From Felis catus (Eukaryota), in assembly GCF_018350175.1 (NCBI RefSeq), contig NC_058368.1:125552001-125616000 (forward strand): a DNA stretch of 64,000 nucleotides. Reading direction: 5' to 3'. The notes beneath the pieces are model-generated. The model made no database searches and was not told the DNA's origin. It was given only the letters and a program-made list of their open reading frames with translations. Positions 10,821-23,689 of this stretch are shown piece after piece; the first letter of the stretch is position 1, and the number at the start of each line of letters is the position of its first letter. Position numbers and translations under genes: made by a program.

Positions 10821-11002
10821 ACTGTTTATTTTTGCGAGAGCACGAGTGGAGGAGGGGCAGAGAGAGAGAGGGAGAGAGAGAATACCAAGCAGGATCTGCA
10901 TCGACAGCAGCAAGCCCAATGCAGGGCTCGAACTGATGAACCATGAGATCATGACCTGAGCTGAAGTCGGATGCTTGACTGATTGAGCTAGCCAGGCGCC
11001 CC
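10821..11002 (-). mobile_element. Can-SINE
   Basis: SINE body ending ggcgcccc; flanking tctaattttttt repeated. Confidence 0.92.
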
Positions 11003-13333
11003 TAAAATCTAATTTTTTTATATGCAGTCTGCTTAAAGTGAGATATTGGCACCTCTATATCCACACTTCCTCTTACTCCCTCTCTCCTACTGTCTTCCCC
11101 AGTCCCCCCCAGGACCACAGCTTTCTGTATGGATGACAGTGTAAGTAGCTGGCTTAACAAAATTTTGGGAAATGTCTCATTTTGAAAGTAGTGGAGACAT
11201 TTAAAGTGAAACTGTCTCCTGCATTTTCTGGGAATATTCCCTTTTTAAATATGCCCTATATTTACCCTATGTATTATAGGACTTTTAAAATCAGTTATCT
11301 TGATAAACCTGAGATCAATTCAAGGTCATAGAAAATGGTAAATCATTTTGAGTAACTGTACACTGTAATTTGTGCATTTGTAAATTTTTATTTATTTTTA
11401 TTTTTATAATTCCATTAACAAAATAAAATCAGGGAATGGAACAAGATCCAGAAATTTTTATTACATTAAAGAGAAACATTTGAGATGTCTTACATTTCTT
11501 CTTTTAAAAATATGAAAGCAGAGTGGAGCTGTCATTTTGAAAGATAAAGATAAATCACTGGAAAGGAGTTTAAAAGTTTACAACTATTTGGCAAAAAGAT
11601 ATATGAAATCTAAAAACTAGGAAGAAAGAACATAATGCATCAATCAAACATCTTCTTTTGACACATCTTGTTTAGAATATTTTATGGGCTGATTTTTCAA
11701 ATATGGGATTTGATAAACTGTGAAGTTTCAGCTAATATTTTAAAATTCCTCCAGTAAACTTGATTTCAAAGGCAGACTCTTTTCCTAATGAAGTATCTAT
11801 CTTTTTTTCTTAATATGTATTGTTTTTTTTTAACCCCATGCAAATAAAAATTCTGATCTGTATTCCATATTTTACCCAAGGAGCTCTCCTTTTTGCAATT
11901 TTTTTCCCCAATAAAGAAACAAACTCAAAGATGGTATGTATGTGTATGGGACATATGTAAAAATTTAAAATTTCTTTCCTATAGGTATTTATGTGAAAAT
12001 CATAAATTCTCTTAGGAGAATTTACCCCTAAGTGCAAGATATGCTATATTGCTTTTCTTTTGTTTTCAAGTTAAAATAAATCTGGCTTCATGATCACATT
12101 TACCAAAATATTGTCATACCTAATTTTAGTCATGGTTTTGGAGTTCTTGTTGTTACCTAGGCTTACACCATGGGGTGGTTGACAGAGGATTTACAAGGTC
12201 CCCCAGATCATGGAGTAAGGCCTAGGTTTAGTGTTGGCTGGTCATTTTGCTTGCTCTGCAAAGTTTTTGAAGTATTGTGGTTGAGTGTCCCTCCATCACC
12301 TATGGTGGGCTCTCATACACTTCTCACAGCTGCCCGCTCACTGAGTCAGTCTTGGCCACAGGTACCTTCTGTGTTATGTCCAAGGCTTCAGTGGTGAATG
12401 ACTGGCTGTGTGTGAGTCATGACTGGTATATGAGTGCCCTCCTCTCCAGAGCTGCTCCCACAGCCTTGTGTCTCTTTTTCATGCATGGTAAATCCTGAGC
12501 CCTTGTGTCTTTATTCACCATATTGAGTTCTTTGCTCTTCTTTTACCTTCCGCTCTAAAGTCTCTAGGAATCTTAGCTTTTGAACCCAAAAACCTCTAAT
12601 TCTGTTGTGGGACAAGAGAAGTTAGGACACTAGGGCTCAGATATTTCATAATTCACTGATGTGGAGGAAGGAGAAATAAGTCTGCACTGCAGCACTGAGA
12701 ACAGAACACAGATAGATACCTCCATGGATTACCCTCCATGTACATGTGTTAGATGGAGAGTTAGGACCATCCAAAGGAAGCCACAATGGCCTAGGATGCT
12801 TTCATGGAGCCCTGGCCTTTTGTAGGCACTCTCTGACATTATTTGGCACTATTACTTCTCATTTCATAGAGATATGACTCTTTTGGCTTACTATGTGAGC
12901 CATGCACAGAGAAAGTAGAACAGTGGAGTAAAGCATGGATCTCTATTGCTATGTGGGTTGTGAAATCATTCTCATTACTCTGTAGTCATCCTGTGGTTAG
13001 TGTTGCAATCCAATAAAATTTAAAACTGAGTTTTAAGTGAAAAGTTGATCTGATATATTTATGAAAGATTGGCTCTTCACACAAAGAATATAATTAATAG
13101 TGTGTTTTCATAGCTGAAACAAATTTTCATTTTTAACTCTGTTTTTGTGAATATACTATAAGTTGTCTAAATAGGTGCTGATGGTGACCTTTTTTTTTTC
13201 CATCAAGGCAGAAAGATTCCAAAAATGAAAACCTTGGGTTTGGTTTCCCTTTGTTCTTCACACTTATGCCCATCCTATCTGTAATTCTCTTTCAGGAGCA
13301 TTCTTTCCTCTCCCTTCAAAGCAGAAATTTCTT

Positions 13334-13365
13334 TAAAAAATTATTTTTAATATTTATTTATTTTT

Positions 13366-13398
<33 letters not shown>

Positions 13399-13569
13399 CG
13401 ACAGAGTGCAAGTGGGGAGGGGCAGAGTGAGAGAGACACAGAATCTGAAGCAGGTTCCAGGCTCTGAGCTGTCAGCACAGAGCCTGATGTGGGGCTCGAA
13501 TCCGCTAACTGCGAGATCATGACCTGAGCCGAAGTCATACGCTTAACTGATTGAGCCATCAGGCGCCCC
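13334..13569 (-). mobile_element. Can-SINE
   Basis: 18-bp TSD tcaaagcagaaatttctt at 13316-13333 and 13570-13587. Confidence 0.97.
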
Positions 13570-14004
13570 TCAAAGCAGAAATTTCTTAAACAGTTTATCC
13601 TAGCCCCAGGTCGAGGCAGGTCTTAGGCCACAGTGGGGACAGCAGAATCATAGCTGCAGGCCCGGTATTATATTCCTGGGATAGAAATAGGAGCAGATAC
13701 CATGAATGAGGGATAGGGCATGAACAGAGTAGGAAGAACCAGGCCACAGTGAAAGCCATGGGGCAAAGGAGTGTCATAGTGAGACTCAAAAGTTTGGTGT
13801 AATAGGTATTTAGTGGTTTTAAGACAAAGGAATTGGAAAGAATTGGTGAAAAAGAGAGAAGATGGGAACAGGCTGACTAGAGGTCAGGCAGGGAGAGCTC
13901 CAGGTCTTAGGCTATAGGAAGCCAGCAATGCTGAGACAGTTTCTGTCGAGCAGGTACCAGCATCTGTGATAAGTGAAATCATGCACTTTCCATCTCCCTC
14001 CCAT

Positions 14005-14142
14005 GCACCCCCGTCCAAGATGTCCACATCCTAATCCTCAAAACCTGTGAATATGTTCCTGTACATGTCCACACATTTGTAGGTGTGATTAAGTTAAAGA
14101 TCTTGCGATGAGGAGATTATCCTGGTGGGCTCAGTGGAATCT
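14005..14142 (+). mobile_element. MLT1D-like LTR 5' fragment
   Basis: aagatgtccacatcctaatcc..aacctgtgaatatgtt..gtgtgattaagttaaagatctt..gagattatcctgg. Confidence 0.75.
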
Positions 14143-15109
14143 TGTATGTTTCATGCTGGACCCGATGCAAATTATTTCCTCATTCTAGCTGACAGAAGCA
14201 GGCTGGAGACGTCTCTGTCATTGCCACCAGGGCCCTGCTATTCAATCTCTTTCAAACTTCACAAAGCAAATCACCACTTCTGGGGCTGTCTGAACCCACA
14301 ACTTGTGTCAAGGGGACAGGGTGCCATGTTACACATAGCTTCTAATTGTCATGGTGCCACCTATGTACTTGTTGTTCCATTTTAGTATTTTGTAGAATGG
14401 CTTTTACTAGTCAATTAAAATTGTCTGCTTGAGGTGCTGACTCCTTGTTTTTCAGTATTGTTAAGTTTAAATCATTTTCCACTGAGGGGACCAGTATTGA
14501 CTTTTAAACTGTATTGACCTTTGTATCATTTGAGTTCATTTATTTGTTTCCTTTGCATGGAATAAATTAAAAGACTTAAAAACTAAGCATTTTGAATTTA
14601 GAAAACAAGAATTTTTCAACTGTAGTAACCTATGATTAACCTATGATTAAGGTAATCATCCTTAAGTTTGGTTTCATTTTCTCCTGCATTTTGCCATGAG
14701 TTTGCCCTACAGGAATTTGGAAAGATGTAGAATGAATACTGTTTCAATGTCTCCAGCTTTGAGGTCTTATAATTCATTAATTAGGAATAGAACAAATGTC
14801 TCCAATTAAGAGTAAAATAGAATTGAATATTTTCTTTGCTCCATTACAGAAAGAATTATGAGGCTTTATTTGGCTTTCAAAGTCTCATAGTAAGTGTGTC
14901 TCACATTATGAATAGGATAAAAAGAAAATGTAATAGCCAAACCTCAACAATGTGTATAAAGTTGGGGAGAAAAAAAACAGTGTGAATCAGAAGAAAAGAA
15001 TGAATCATACTATAGTGAAAATAAATATTACTTTGAATATATAAGGTACATGAAATAAAGCTTATATTTAATTATATTTAATAATAGCAATTATGATGAT
15101 GATGATGAT

Positions 15110-15310
15110 AATAGTAATAATAAAGTTATAATGTCTATTGCTTATGCAGTGCTTATTACATTCTAGGCACTATTCTGAGAGCTTTATGTTTATTAAGTCC
15201 TTTGGTCCTCACAACAACTCCCTGAGTTGGGTACTAGTATTACCCACATATTATAAATTAGAAAAATGATGCACAGAGGTTAAGTAATTTGCATAAGATG
15301 TTAAATAACT
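15110..15310 (-). mobile_element. MIR
   Basis: gtgcttatt..ctaggcactattct..cctcacaacaac..gcacagaggttaagtaatttgc. Confidence 0.8.
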
Positions 15311-15621
15311 TGTATACTGAGGGGTGGTGTTTAGTTCCTTTTAATGAAGTAATGCTTAAATGAACATTATAAATGCCTCACTTTGGCTGTTCGTGCAATG
15401 AGGTAAATCAGCATTTTCAAGACCAAATCTAGTTTGGATGTACACATGATTCTGTGAGTGAAACTCTCTAGGCCAGAAGCATTCCAAATGCATACATATT
15501 TCCTAGTAAATAAATGTGGGAAACCCCATTCTTTCCAAACCCATAAATAGACAATTTGTAATGATAAAATTTAGAGAGATTGATAAGCTGGCATTTACCT
15601 TTCTTACTTCCCATGTATAAC

Positions 15622-15666
15622 GTATAAAGGAGCACCTAGAACAAGTATAAAGGAGCACCTAGAACA
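15622..15666. repeat. Perfect 22-bp tandem duplication
   Basis: gtataaaggagcacctagaaca at 15622-15643 and 15645-15666. Confidence 0.95.
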
Positions 15667-16339
15667 TACACTGCACAAATTAGTTTTGGAATACTGGGAG
15701 AGGCACCAGTTGCACAAAATTGATATGCAAATATAAATAATACTTCGTTTATACTGTTTATTCTCTCAGTCCCTCTATTTGGTAACAGAAGACTGATTCT
15801 CAGCCTTCAACTTCACTGTAATTGCATTCAAGACTCTTTTCTAGAAGAAACATAGAAGCACTCAACATGCCAATATGTACCCACACACTCAGCCCTTGTG
15901 ATTAGCCTAAATACATTAAAATGGATCTAAAGTATAGAGTCATAGATGCCTTGAAACATAATTCAAGATAATGTCAAGTATGTTTATATATAATTCAAGC
16001 TTATACATGGAAAACTTTGTATGGCTTTGGCTTCACTTATTTGCAGTTGTTCATTTGAACGTACCAGGACTCTGGTTGGAATGTGGCTTTAATGAGATTA
16101 TTATATACTGCTGTATAACTGTGAAACTTGATATGAACAGAAGCTGTAACCCTCTGGACTCCTGATAGCTGTTTTGAAATATTTTATGTTATACCTATAA
16201 ACTGAAATAAGGGTTAGTGTGACATTGGATACTTATAATGGCCTTGCGCAGTAAAATAGGCTATCTCATTGGATGGTTGTAAAAGTCATCACCATCATCT
16301 AAATGTTTGCTATATAGCAGGAATCATCTTTCCATTAAT

Positions 16340-16510
16340 TCACTAATTTGATCACCACCCATCTGAAGTAGGAACTAACAGCAGCCCCCTCTTGGTAAAC
16401 GAGGCACCTAAAGCAGATACAGGTTAGATAATTTGGCAAAAGGTGAATCTGGGTCTGAACACAGGCAGGTTCTGGGTTCCAGAGCCTATGCCCTTCATGG
16501 TTTAAGATCA
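16340..16510 (-). mobile_element. MIR
   Basis: ggtaaacgaggcac..aggttagataatttg..tgaacacaggcagg..ccagagcct. Confidence 0.6.
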
Positions 16511-16719
16511 CATGGATCAAGTGACTCATACACAGCCTCTGAAAAACACATAGTAGGTTCTCTGTAAGCATGAGTGAGATGTGAGTAATAGAAGAGATTT
16601 TAATGATAATAGTGAGTGGATTAGCAGTGAACATCTTGCGTTCTATTAAATTTTGCTGAGACTTTTCAAGTTTTAAAGACAATAAGCGTAGCTCTTAGTA
16701 TTGTGCATCAGTGAAAAAA

Positions 16720-17129
16720 AGGTGCTCTGCCCGTCTTGGTTCCCAGGAGACAGGCTCTGAGGTAGGGATTATGTATAGAAGGCTTGCTAGAGGTGCTTTC
16801 TGGGGAAGTCAGGATGACATGAGTAGGCAGAGGGAGATGCGGATATGCAATATCTGCTCAATTTTATTGGGAGTTGGGCTGGCCTTTCAGAGTTGTCCCC
16901 AGTTCAGGCCAGGGTCAAGCCTTCATGCTACCACATCAGTCAGTCACGGTCATGTCCTGCCCCTGGAAGAGGGAGGAACCATGGATGAGCCAGCTTCCTG
17001 CCAGTGGAAAGAATTCCCAGGGAGAGATGCGACTATGAGCCATCAACAGCTAATACTCCCAGCCTCTGGGAGATGAGTGCTCTAGCCCCGAAGATGAGAT
17101 CTGGGTGGGGCACCACAATATCCACTGCA
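16720..17129 (-). mobile_element. ERVL LTR (LTR16C-like)
   Basis: Ends gatctgggtggggcaccacaatatccactgca, the reverse complement of the LTR16 5' terminus; internal ggcctttcagagttgtccc. Confidence 0.75.
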
Positions 17130-17579
17130 CCCCCATTAGAAAAAGTGGAAAAAACCACAGATAATTGACTGAAAGTAAAAATACAAAAGGCAAAAAAAAA
17201 AAAAAGGAAAAAAGAAAAAAACAAAATACAAAAGGCAAAGGAAAAAAAAACCCTTATGCTCATTAACAAAGAAATGTAAATTAGGACAACCCTTTCCTTC
17301 TAGGAAATAGGCATAGGTGGAAAAACCACTTATCTAATATTCACTCATGGAGTGCTCCAAGATAGGCATACTTTTTAATTTAGTAATTTATTTTGAGATA
17401 ATTTCAAACTTACAACTAGCTATAAGTATAGCAAAAAGAACTCTTCTGTTAACTTTTCAAATTCTCTGGTAATATTTCACCACATTTGTGCACTGTGTAT
17501 GTGTGTAACTTTCTCCCCACCCTACTCTATTTCATAAAATACCCCTTGTAAACAGTTCTCATCTCTTAAGCCAAGAGGT

Positions 17580-17815
17580 TAAGAGGTTAAGAGCAGAGAC
17601 TTAGAATTTGGACCTGAGTTTGAGTTCCAGTCACTTAACTTTGTACATGACCTTGGGCAAGACACTTTTTCTTGGTGTCTCCCTTCATTTCCAGAAAAGG
17701 GAAATGGTGTTCTTCTGGTTTCCTTTGGTGTTTAGATTAGATCCTCTACACGGGACTCAGCACATGATAAGGTCTCAGTCCATGTTAGCTGTTGTCAATA
17801 CTGTTATTGTTATTA
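17580..17815 (+). mobile_element. MIR
   Basis: ggttaagagcagagact..gacctgagtttgagt..tgaccttgggcaag. Confidence 0.8.
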
Positions 17816-19103
17816 TTGGCTACTTGAGGTCAGGAACCATACCTAACACATGGCTGTGAAACTCTGAGTTTTACTGTAGCACCTTGCAATGATGTGTCCT
17901 CAGGAAACGTTTTTGAATTAATTTTCTTTTTTGGTCAACACATTATGAAGCTCAGGCACATGGAGGAGTGGGAGGGGGGCTCATTTCCAGGACTGGAGAC
18001 ATCCTTTGGACTTCAGTGGGAGAGGCTGGAAAGAATGAAAGCAGACTCAGAAGCTGGAAACTTTAATGACTGTGCTGCAGCCAAAAGAGGCGATTCATTG
18101 GTTGACCAAATAAAAGGGTATTATTCCAGAAATTCTCCTCTCTCCCTCTTTCTTTAAATGTCCTCATGAATGTTTGGCCTGTGTATATTATCTGCCATAC
18201 AGTATTCTGGAACAATAACAACCAAAGCTGGTGAACCGGAGAGAAACTTTTGTCATGCTCTGTCTTTAATGTTCCTTAAAAGGAATATTTATAGCTAAAG
18301 AATTGCTCACCCCCTCTGTCTGCCTCCTGCAGTGGGCTGCTCTCCTCCACCTTCTGTAGATTAGGGGACACCATAAAACGTGGTTTCGGCAGCATTTGCA
18401 CATCATGGCCAGGAGGCTAACCCAGATGCGGGCCGAAGTAAGGTGATGCGTGCAGGCAGGGAGGGCTCCTCTTCAGAAACTGTGGTATATGAAGTGAAGC
18501 AGGAGCCTACGTAAGCTTTGTGTTGCTTTTTGTTGCTTGGCTGTATATATACCCAGTGCCCCTGAAAGACTTTTTGTTCGCAGTGACTGGCAACTGATTT
18601 CAAACAGATTAAGCCACAGGGAGAGTTATTGGTGTGGTTGGTGAAATTCAAAGAATAGCTAAACGAATGAGGGTGACCCCTGGGGACTTCCAAGGGTTCA
18701 GGCCAGCCAGGAGTCTCCTTTTCATCTTTCTGTCTCTCTGAGCCTTGACCCCATTCTCTCAGCTTCTTCTTGTGGGGGAGGGTGGGAGAATGTGGCTGTG
18801 GCAACGTGGATCACATCCTTACAGCCACTATCAAGGGAGACAGAAATTGTTCTCTGCCAACAACTGTCTGAAAAATCCTTGGGGAAGGACCCTGGCCTGG
18901 ATGCGATTACATACCTACCCCTAGTACAAAGCCTTGTGGACCGAATGAGAGAAATTGTGATTTCCTGAGCCCACCCTGCATTCAGGGGGACAGATCTTTT
19001 CCCATATGAAAATGAGAAGTCAGAAAGCCACCTCCATTTGGAGAACATTATCTATTTCTGCAAACAACACTGGAGTGCATTATTGCCTCCTTGATACCAC
19101 TTC

Positions 19104-19480
19104 TGTTACTACTGCAGCATTTTGTCCCAGTAGTTTAAGAAACAAATTTAGAGGCCTTCTCCCTGACCCCAAGTCCTTCCTTCCTTACAAGGATCTGCCC
19201 TGGGTCCCAGCCTTAAAAACTGGCCACCCACTCATTACTCCCACCTAGGTCAAATCTAAACGAGCCTTTAGCCTATACAGCCCCACTCATGGGAAACACC
19301 TTTTGCCTTCTTACTCCTTTCTGATCTTACTGTAATCAAACTCCCATTCTAGGGCCTCTTGCCTTCTGACCCTTTCACTTTTCTCAAAATTCTCACCATG
19401 AACTGGACTTTCGGACTCTACAATAAAATGTGGTTTCTTCTGAGATTGTGACTCTCAGTGTTCTTTAGGGCCTGGTTTCA
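19104..19480 (+). mobile_element. Possible solo LTR
   Basis: TG start, ..TTTCA end, AATAAA about 55 nt before the end; no TSD found. Confidence 0.35.
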
Positions 19481-20029
19481 GAGCCTTTCCAGTGCTTTTG
19501 GTCTGCATCCTGCTGGCTCAGCTCTGACCTACCATACCACACTGACACTGTATTGCTCTGTGAGTGAGGGCTGGGGAAAGCTCAACCCCAGAGGCACAGG
19601 GAACAGAGTTTGCATCACTGAGCAGTATTTCTTGTCTTTGCTGTGGGAGGATTCAGTAGAGAGAATCCACATTGTTCCTTGAGGATGCTGACTGTTAAGC
19701 TAAGGCCAATAGGATGTTACCTACCATCCCTGCTCAGGTGTATAGATCCACATTTGCCTGAAGTGCAAGGGCCAAAGTTATAGCTCTGTATTTACAACCT
19801 ACACCCTTATTAGAAAGAGATCTTGCTGTTAATCTTTCTTAAATATGCCCAGTATTGCCAGTTCTGGCATGAAGCTAACACATAGCTATGAAGTTGGACA
19901 GTGCTGTCATTAGTTTTCTGTGATTTAGGGTCTATCTAGGGGATTTTTAGATGGGGCTGCAATTTTTTTATTTTTTAAATTTTCTAATTTTCTAATTTTT
20001 TTAATTTTTAATTTTTTTTTTATTTTCCA

Positions 20030-20200
20030 GCTAATAGATATTTATGAAATGATTTTTGTGGGTCAGAAACCTGTGTTATGTATTATTGAAGATGAAAAAA
20101 GGAAAAGACAGTGTCTACCCTAGAGATGCTCAGAGTCCAGTTAGAGATAGTTAGCAAATGAACATATTATTATACTACAGTGGTTAAGCATGGTAATCGA
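20030..20200 (-). mobile_element. L2 fragment
   Basis: atttatgaaatg..aagacagtgtctaccctagagatgctcagagtccag. Confidence 0.5.
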
Positions 20201-20285
20201 AGGAAATACATGAAGAAAATGCAAGAATCTCAGTGTGTGGCAAATACTGGGACTGGGGAGTCATTTACAAAATGAAGTAATAGGA

Positions 20286-20754
20286 TGTATAAGTGTCCTA
20301 TCACTGCTGTAACAAACTGCCACAACTTAGTGTCTTAAAACAACACATGTTTATTCTCTTAAAGCTCTGGAGGTCAAAAGTCTAAAATCTGTGTGTTGAC
20401 AGAGCTACATTCTCTCTGGAGCCTGTAGGGGAGAATCAGTTCTCTTACCTTCTCCAGCCTTTATAGGCTGTATTGTTTTGCTTAGAGGAGCCCTTCCAGC
20501 TAGCTACTGTTTCCCTCTGATCTCTGCTACCAGTAACATATCCCATTTCTGACTTTCCTGCCCCTCCTCTTGTACTTCTAAGGACTCTTGTGATTACTTT
20601 GGGCCCACCCAGATAATCTTGGTTAATTTCCATCTCAAATTTGTTAATTTAATAATGTGTAACTTCATTTTGCCATGTAAGTTTACATAGTTACAGATTC
20701 TGAGTATTAGCAAGTGGACATCTTTGAGGGAGGCAGGCATTACTGCCTACCACA
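20286..20754 (-). mobile_element. MLT1C/D-like MaLR LTR
   Basis: ctgctgtaacaaactgccacaacttagtg..aaacaacac..ctctggaggtc..gggcccacccagataatc..ctgcctaccaca. Confidence 0.85.
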
Positions 20755-21574
20755 GAGGGCTAGATTGTCTTGAAGGTCTCTTCTAAGTCCAAAATTCCAT
20801 GGTTGATTGGAGCCATGTCAGCATGATTTGTTTCATTTAATTACTAGCCCTGACTGTATACTCTCATTGTGTTTCATTGTGCTGAATGAAGAGACAACTT
20901 TGTGGAGCTCCAATTCCTTCTGTAGATGTTGACCTTTGGGCTGCTACAGAAGAAGTCATGTGGGGGAATTAGAATATGTAATGCTGAGGGTTTTAAAACC
21001 CAAGCTGTTTTGTGATAAACACAACAGTAACTAAAGGACATCTTTTGTCCCCTGCTCAGTTACAAAGCAAATCCTGATCCCACATGCTTACTCTTTCCTC
21101 TTAGATCATGGCCTATCTGTATCAAATAAGGCTTGGAACATAGTCACCAGAAAATATACTCTTGCTACTGTGGTCCAAAAAGTGTGGGGACTATGGAAAG
21201 GCAGAGAGGTAGAACATCAAGATGGGCTAAGTATGTCTGCTGGAAATGAAGCGAAAGCTGAGTAAGGATTATTTGATTCTTTGCCATTTATGCAAATAAG
21301 CGGACAACAAATAACCAACCAACAGATATTTTGAAAGTTATTGACATTCAGCTTTGGAACAGGACCTTTGTTTTTATAATGCTTTTACTTTCCTAATGAG
21401 CTATTGCTTTAACCACTTAAAATTAGGTGGTTTTCCCTGAGCCACACCAGTTGTGGGGCTCACATGAAGCTGAGGAAAGCTATCTGAGGACTGAATAATT
21501 GGCTAGAGGTATTATTCCCTCTTTCGTGTTTTTAAGCTTCGCCCCCATTGTCTCCTTCTTATTTGTATTTAAAC

Positions 21575-21954
21575 AGAGTTGCTGGGGACTCTGGGTTGTC
21601 CGCCAGCCAAATTCCCTGCCCTCTTCCCCCTAACACAACCTGAATACTTCCCAAGTACCTACCTCACCCTATTGTGAGGCAAAGTGCTCTGGGAAGGCAG
21701 CCTATCTCCTCAGCTCTGGAAAAGGGAACCTGATCGGTTTGAGTATAATTCCAGCACCCTGGCCAGTGATTGGTTCAAGAATGGGCACGTGCCTCAAGTC
21801 TAGCAAGTGAGTTGCAAGGAGAGCTCGCTGATAGCCCTTGGGAAAGATAATTGCTCTTAACATAGTCACCTGGGTAGTAAGTTTTTAACTTTAAGGTTGT
21901 ATATAAAGAAATAATGTAGCTTCAGATACAGCTAGTAACAATTATAACCATGAG

Positions 21955-21996
<42 letters not shown>

Positions 21997-22206
21997 AGCA
22001 GCATTGTATGAACTCTAATAGCATGTGTGGGAAAAGGAGACAAACAAAAACAAACTGGACGCTTGCTCACAGCTCTGAACTGTGTTGATCAACAAACTTC
22101 GGACCTTGCATTATCTCTGAATTTTCTGTTGTGTGAGACATTCCCCTATTGCTTATGCTACTTTGAATTAAGTTTTCTTACTTGCAGCTAAAAGGATCCT
22201 AACATA
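21575..22206 (+). mobile_element. MLT1K/L-like MaLR LTR containing a (CAA)n tract
   Basis: ggccagtgattggttcaagaatgggcacgtg..ttcccctattgctta..acttgcagctaaaaggatcctaac. Confidence 0.7.
21956..21997. repeat. (CAA)n microsatellite
   Basis: About 13 aac units read directly. Confidence 0.95.
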
Positions 22207-22467
22207 TTTTCTTCAGGTAGTTACTATAGCTCTACTGCCTTTGGCTCTAGTAGTTTGAGATTATGAATAATTTCACATTGGCTCCAAACCTCAGCTCCTA
22301 ATTTAGGAACTCTAGCTCCTTTCACAATCTCAAACTACTATTTTGGGCATTCTAGGGGTTCTTGAATGATTTGAGAACGCTCTCAAGGCTGATCTCTGAA
22401 GATCAAGGCACTATTCCTACAGGAAGGACCTCACTTGTTGCTTAGCTGCCTTTTTAAAAATAGGTGG

Positions 22468-22687
22468 GGGGCGCCTGGGTGGCTCAGTCGGTTAAGCTGC
22501 CGACTTCGGCTCAGGTCATGATCTCGCGGTCTGTGAGTTCAAGCCCTGCGTCAGGCTCTGTGCTGACAGCTCAGAGCCTGGACCTGTTTCGGATTCTGTT
22601 TCTCCCTCTCTCTGACCCTCCCCTGTTCATGCTCTGTCTCTCTCTGTCTCAAAAATAAATAAACGTTAAAAAAAAAATTAAAAAAAA
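22468..22687 (+). mobile_element. Can-SINE (fairly young)
   Basis: ggggcgcctgggtggctcagtcggttaag head; TSD taaaaataggtgg at 22455-22467 and 22688-22700. Confidence 0.97.
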
Positions 22688-22761
22688 TAAAAATAGGTGG
22701 AAGAATGCTCAGCTGGTGGCAAGAATGGTCCCAAAGCAGAGTTGCTTGAGTTCCAAGTATT

Positions 22762-22933
22762 TTTTTCTAATTTTTTACTGATTTTTGAGAGTGAGAGGAT
22801 GAGAGAACCCGAAGCAGGCTCCATGCTATCTGCACAGAGCTGGATGTGGGGCTGGAACTCAGGAACCGTGAGATTATTACCTGAACCAAAATCAAGAGTT
22901 GTATGCTTAAAGGACTGAGCTCTCTGGATGCCT
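22762..22933 (-). mobile_element. Can-SINE (older, short CT tract)
   Basis: TSD cttgagttccaagtatt at 22745-22761 and 22934-22950. Confidence 0.93.
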
Positions 22934-23041
22934 CTTGAGTTCCAAGTATTAAAGAGATTAGTAAGTCAGTTTTATTATTTCTTAAAATTTAGATACACAA
23001 TTTCCTGTTGACCTTCAGGGCCTGTAGCTGTTTGTCTAGAT

Positions 23042-23358
23042 CTGCACTGTCCCATAGAAATATAGTACAAGGTACAAGTGTAATTTTAAATTTTCTAGTA
23101 TCCACCTTTGAAAGGTAAGCAGTCAGATAACATTAATTTTAATAATATGTTTTATTTAACCCAATATACCCCAAATATTATTGTTTCAAAATGTAATCAA
23201 TATAAAAGCTATTTTTATTTTATACCATTTTTTTTTCCCCAAATCAAGTCTTCAAAACCCAGTGTGTATTTTTTTCTACTTAGAGCAGTTTGGATTAGCC
23301 ACCTTTTCAGTGTTTAATAGCCATCTGTGTCTAGTGTCTGCCTTATTGGATAGACAGG
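23042..23358. mobile_element. MER33-like hAT-Charlie MITE
   Basis: ctgtcccatagaaatata..aattttaaattttctagta..attttaataatatgttttatttaacccaatata..ttggatagacag. Confidence 0.85.
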
Positions 23359-23689
23359 GCTAGACTCTGCCAAAGTTCTTCCTACAGAGGGGATTTATTA
23401 CAAGTTGCCCTTTCATCCTTTCTTGAATTCTGATTTCTTTCTTTACCCTATAAGCTCATACTTTTCTCTTTTTTCAGATGTTTTTTGTATGTCTGAATCT
23501 AATTTTGAACATGGCTAGAGATAATTCTTCCCCCAGAAACCTCCTCAGATCTTATTTAAGTCCATAAATTTGTCATAAATAGGGGTAAGTGGATGGGGAG
23601 AAGCTGTTTATGCATGTAAACGTACATTTACTTGAGGGGATAGGTATTATCCAAGTAAAATTTCTATTACCAGGATGATAATTCCTTTC

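Noticed and set aside
15622..15666. Direct repeat as a CRISPR-like array
   Set aside because: Only two copies with a 1-nt gap, no spacers, and a mammalian context.
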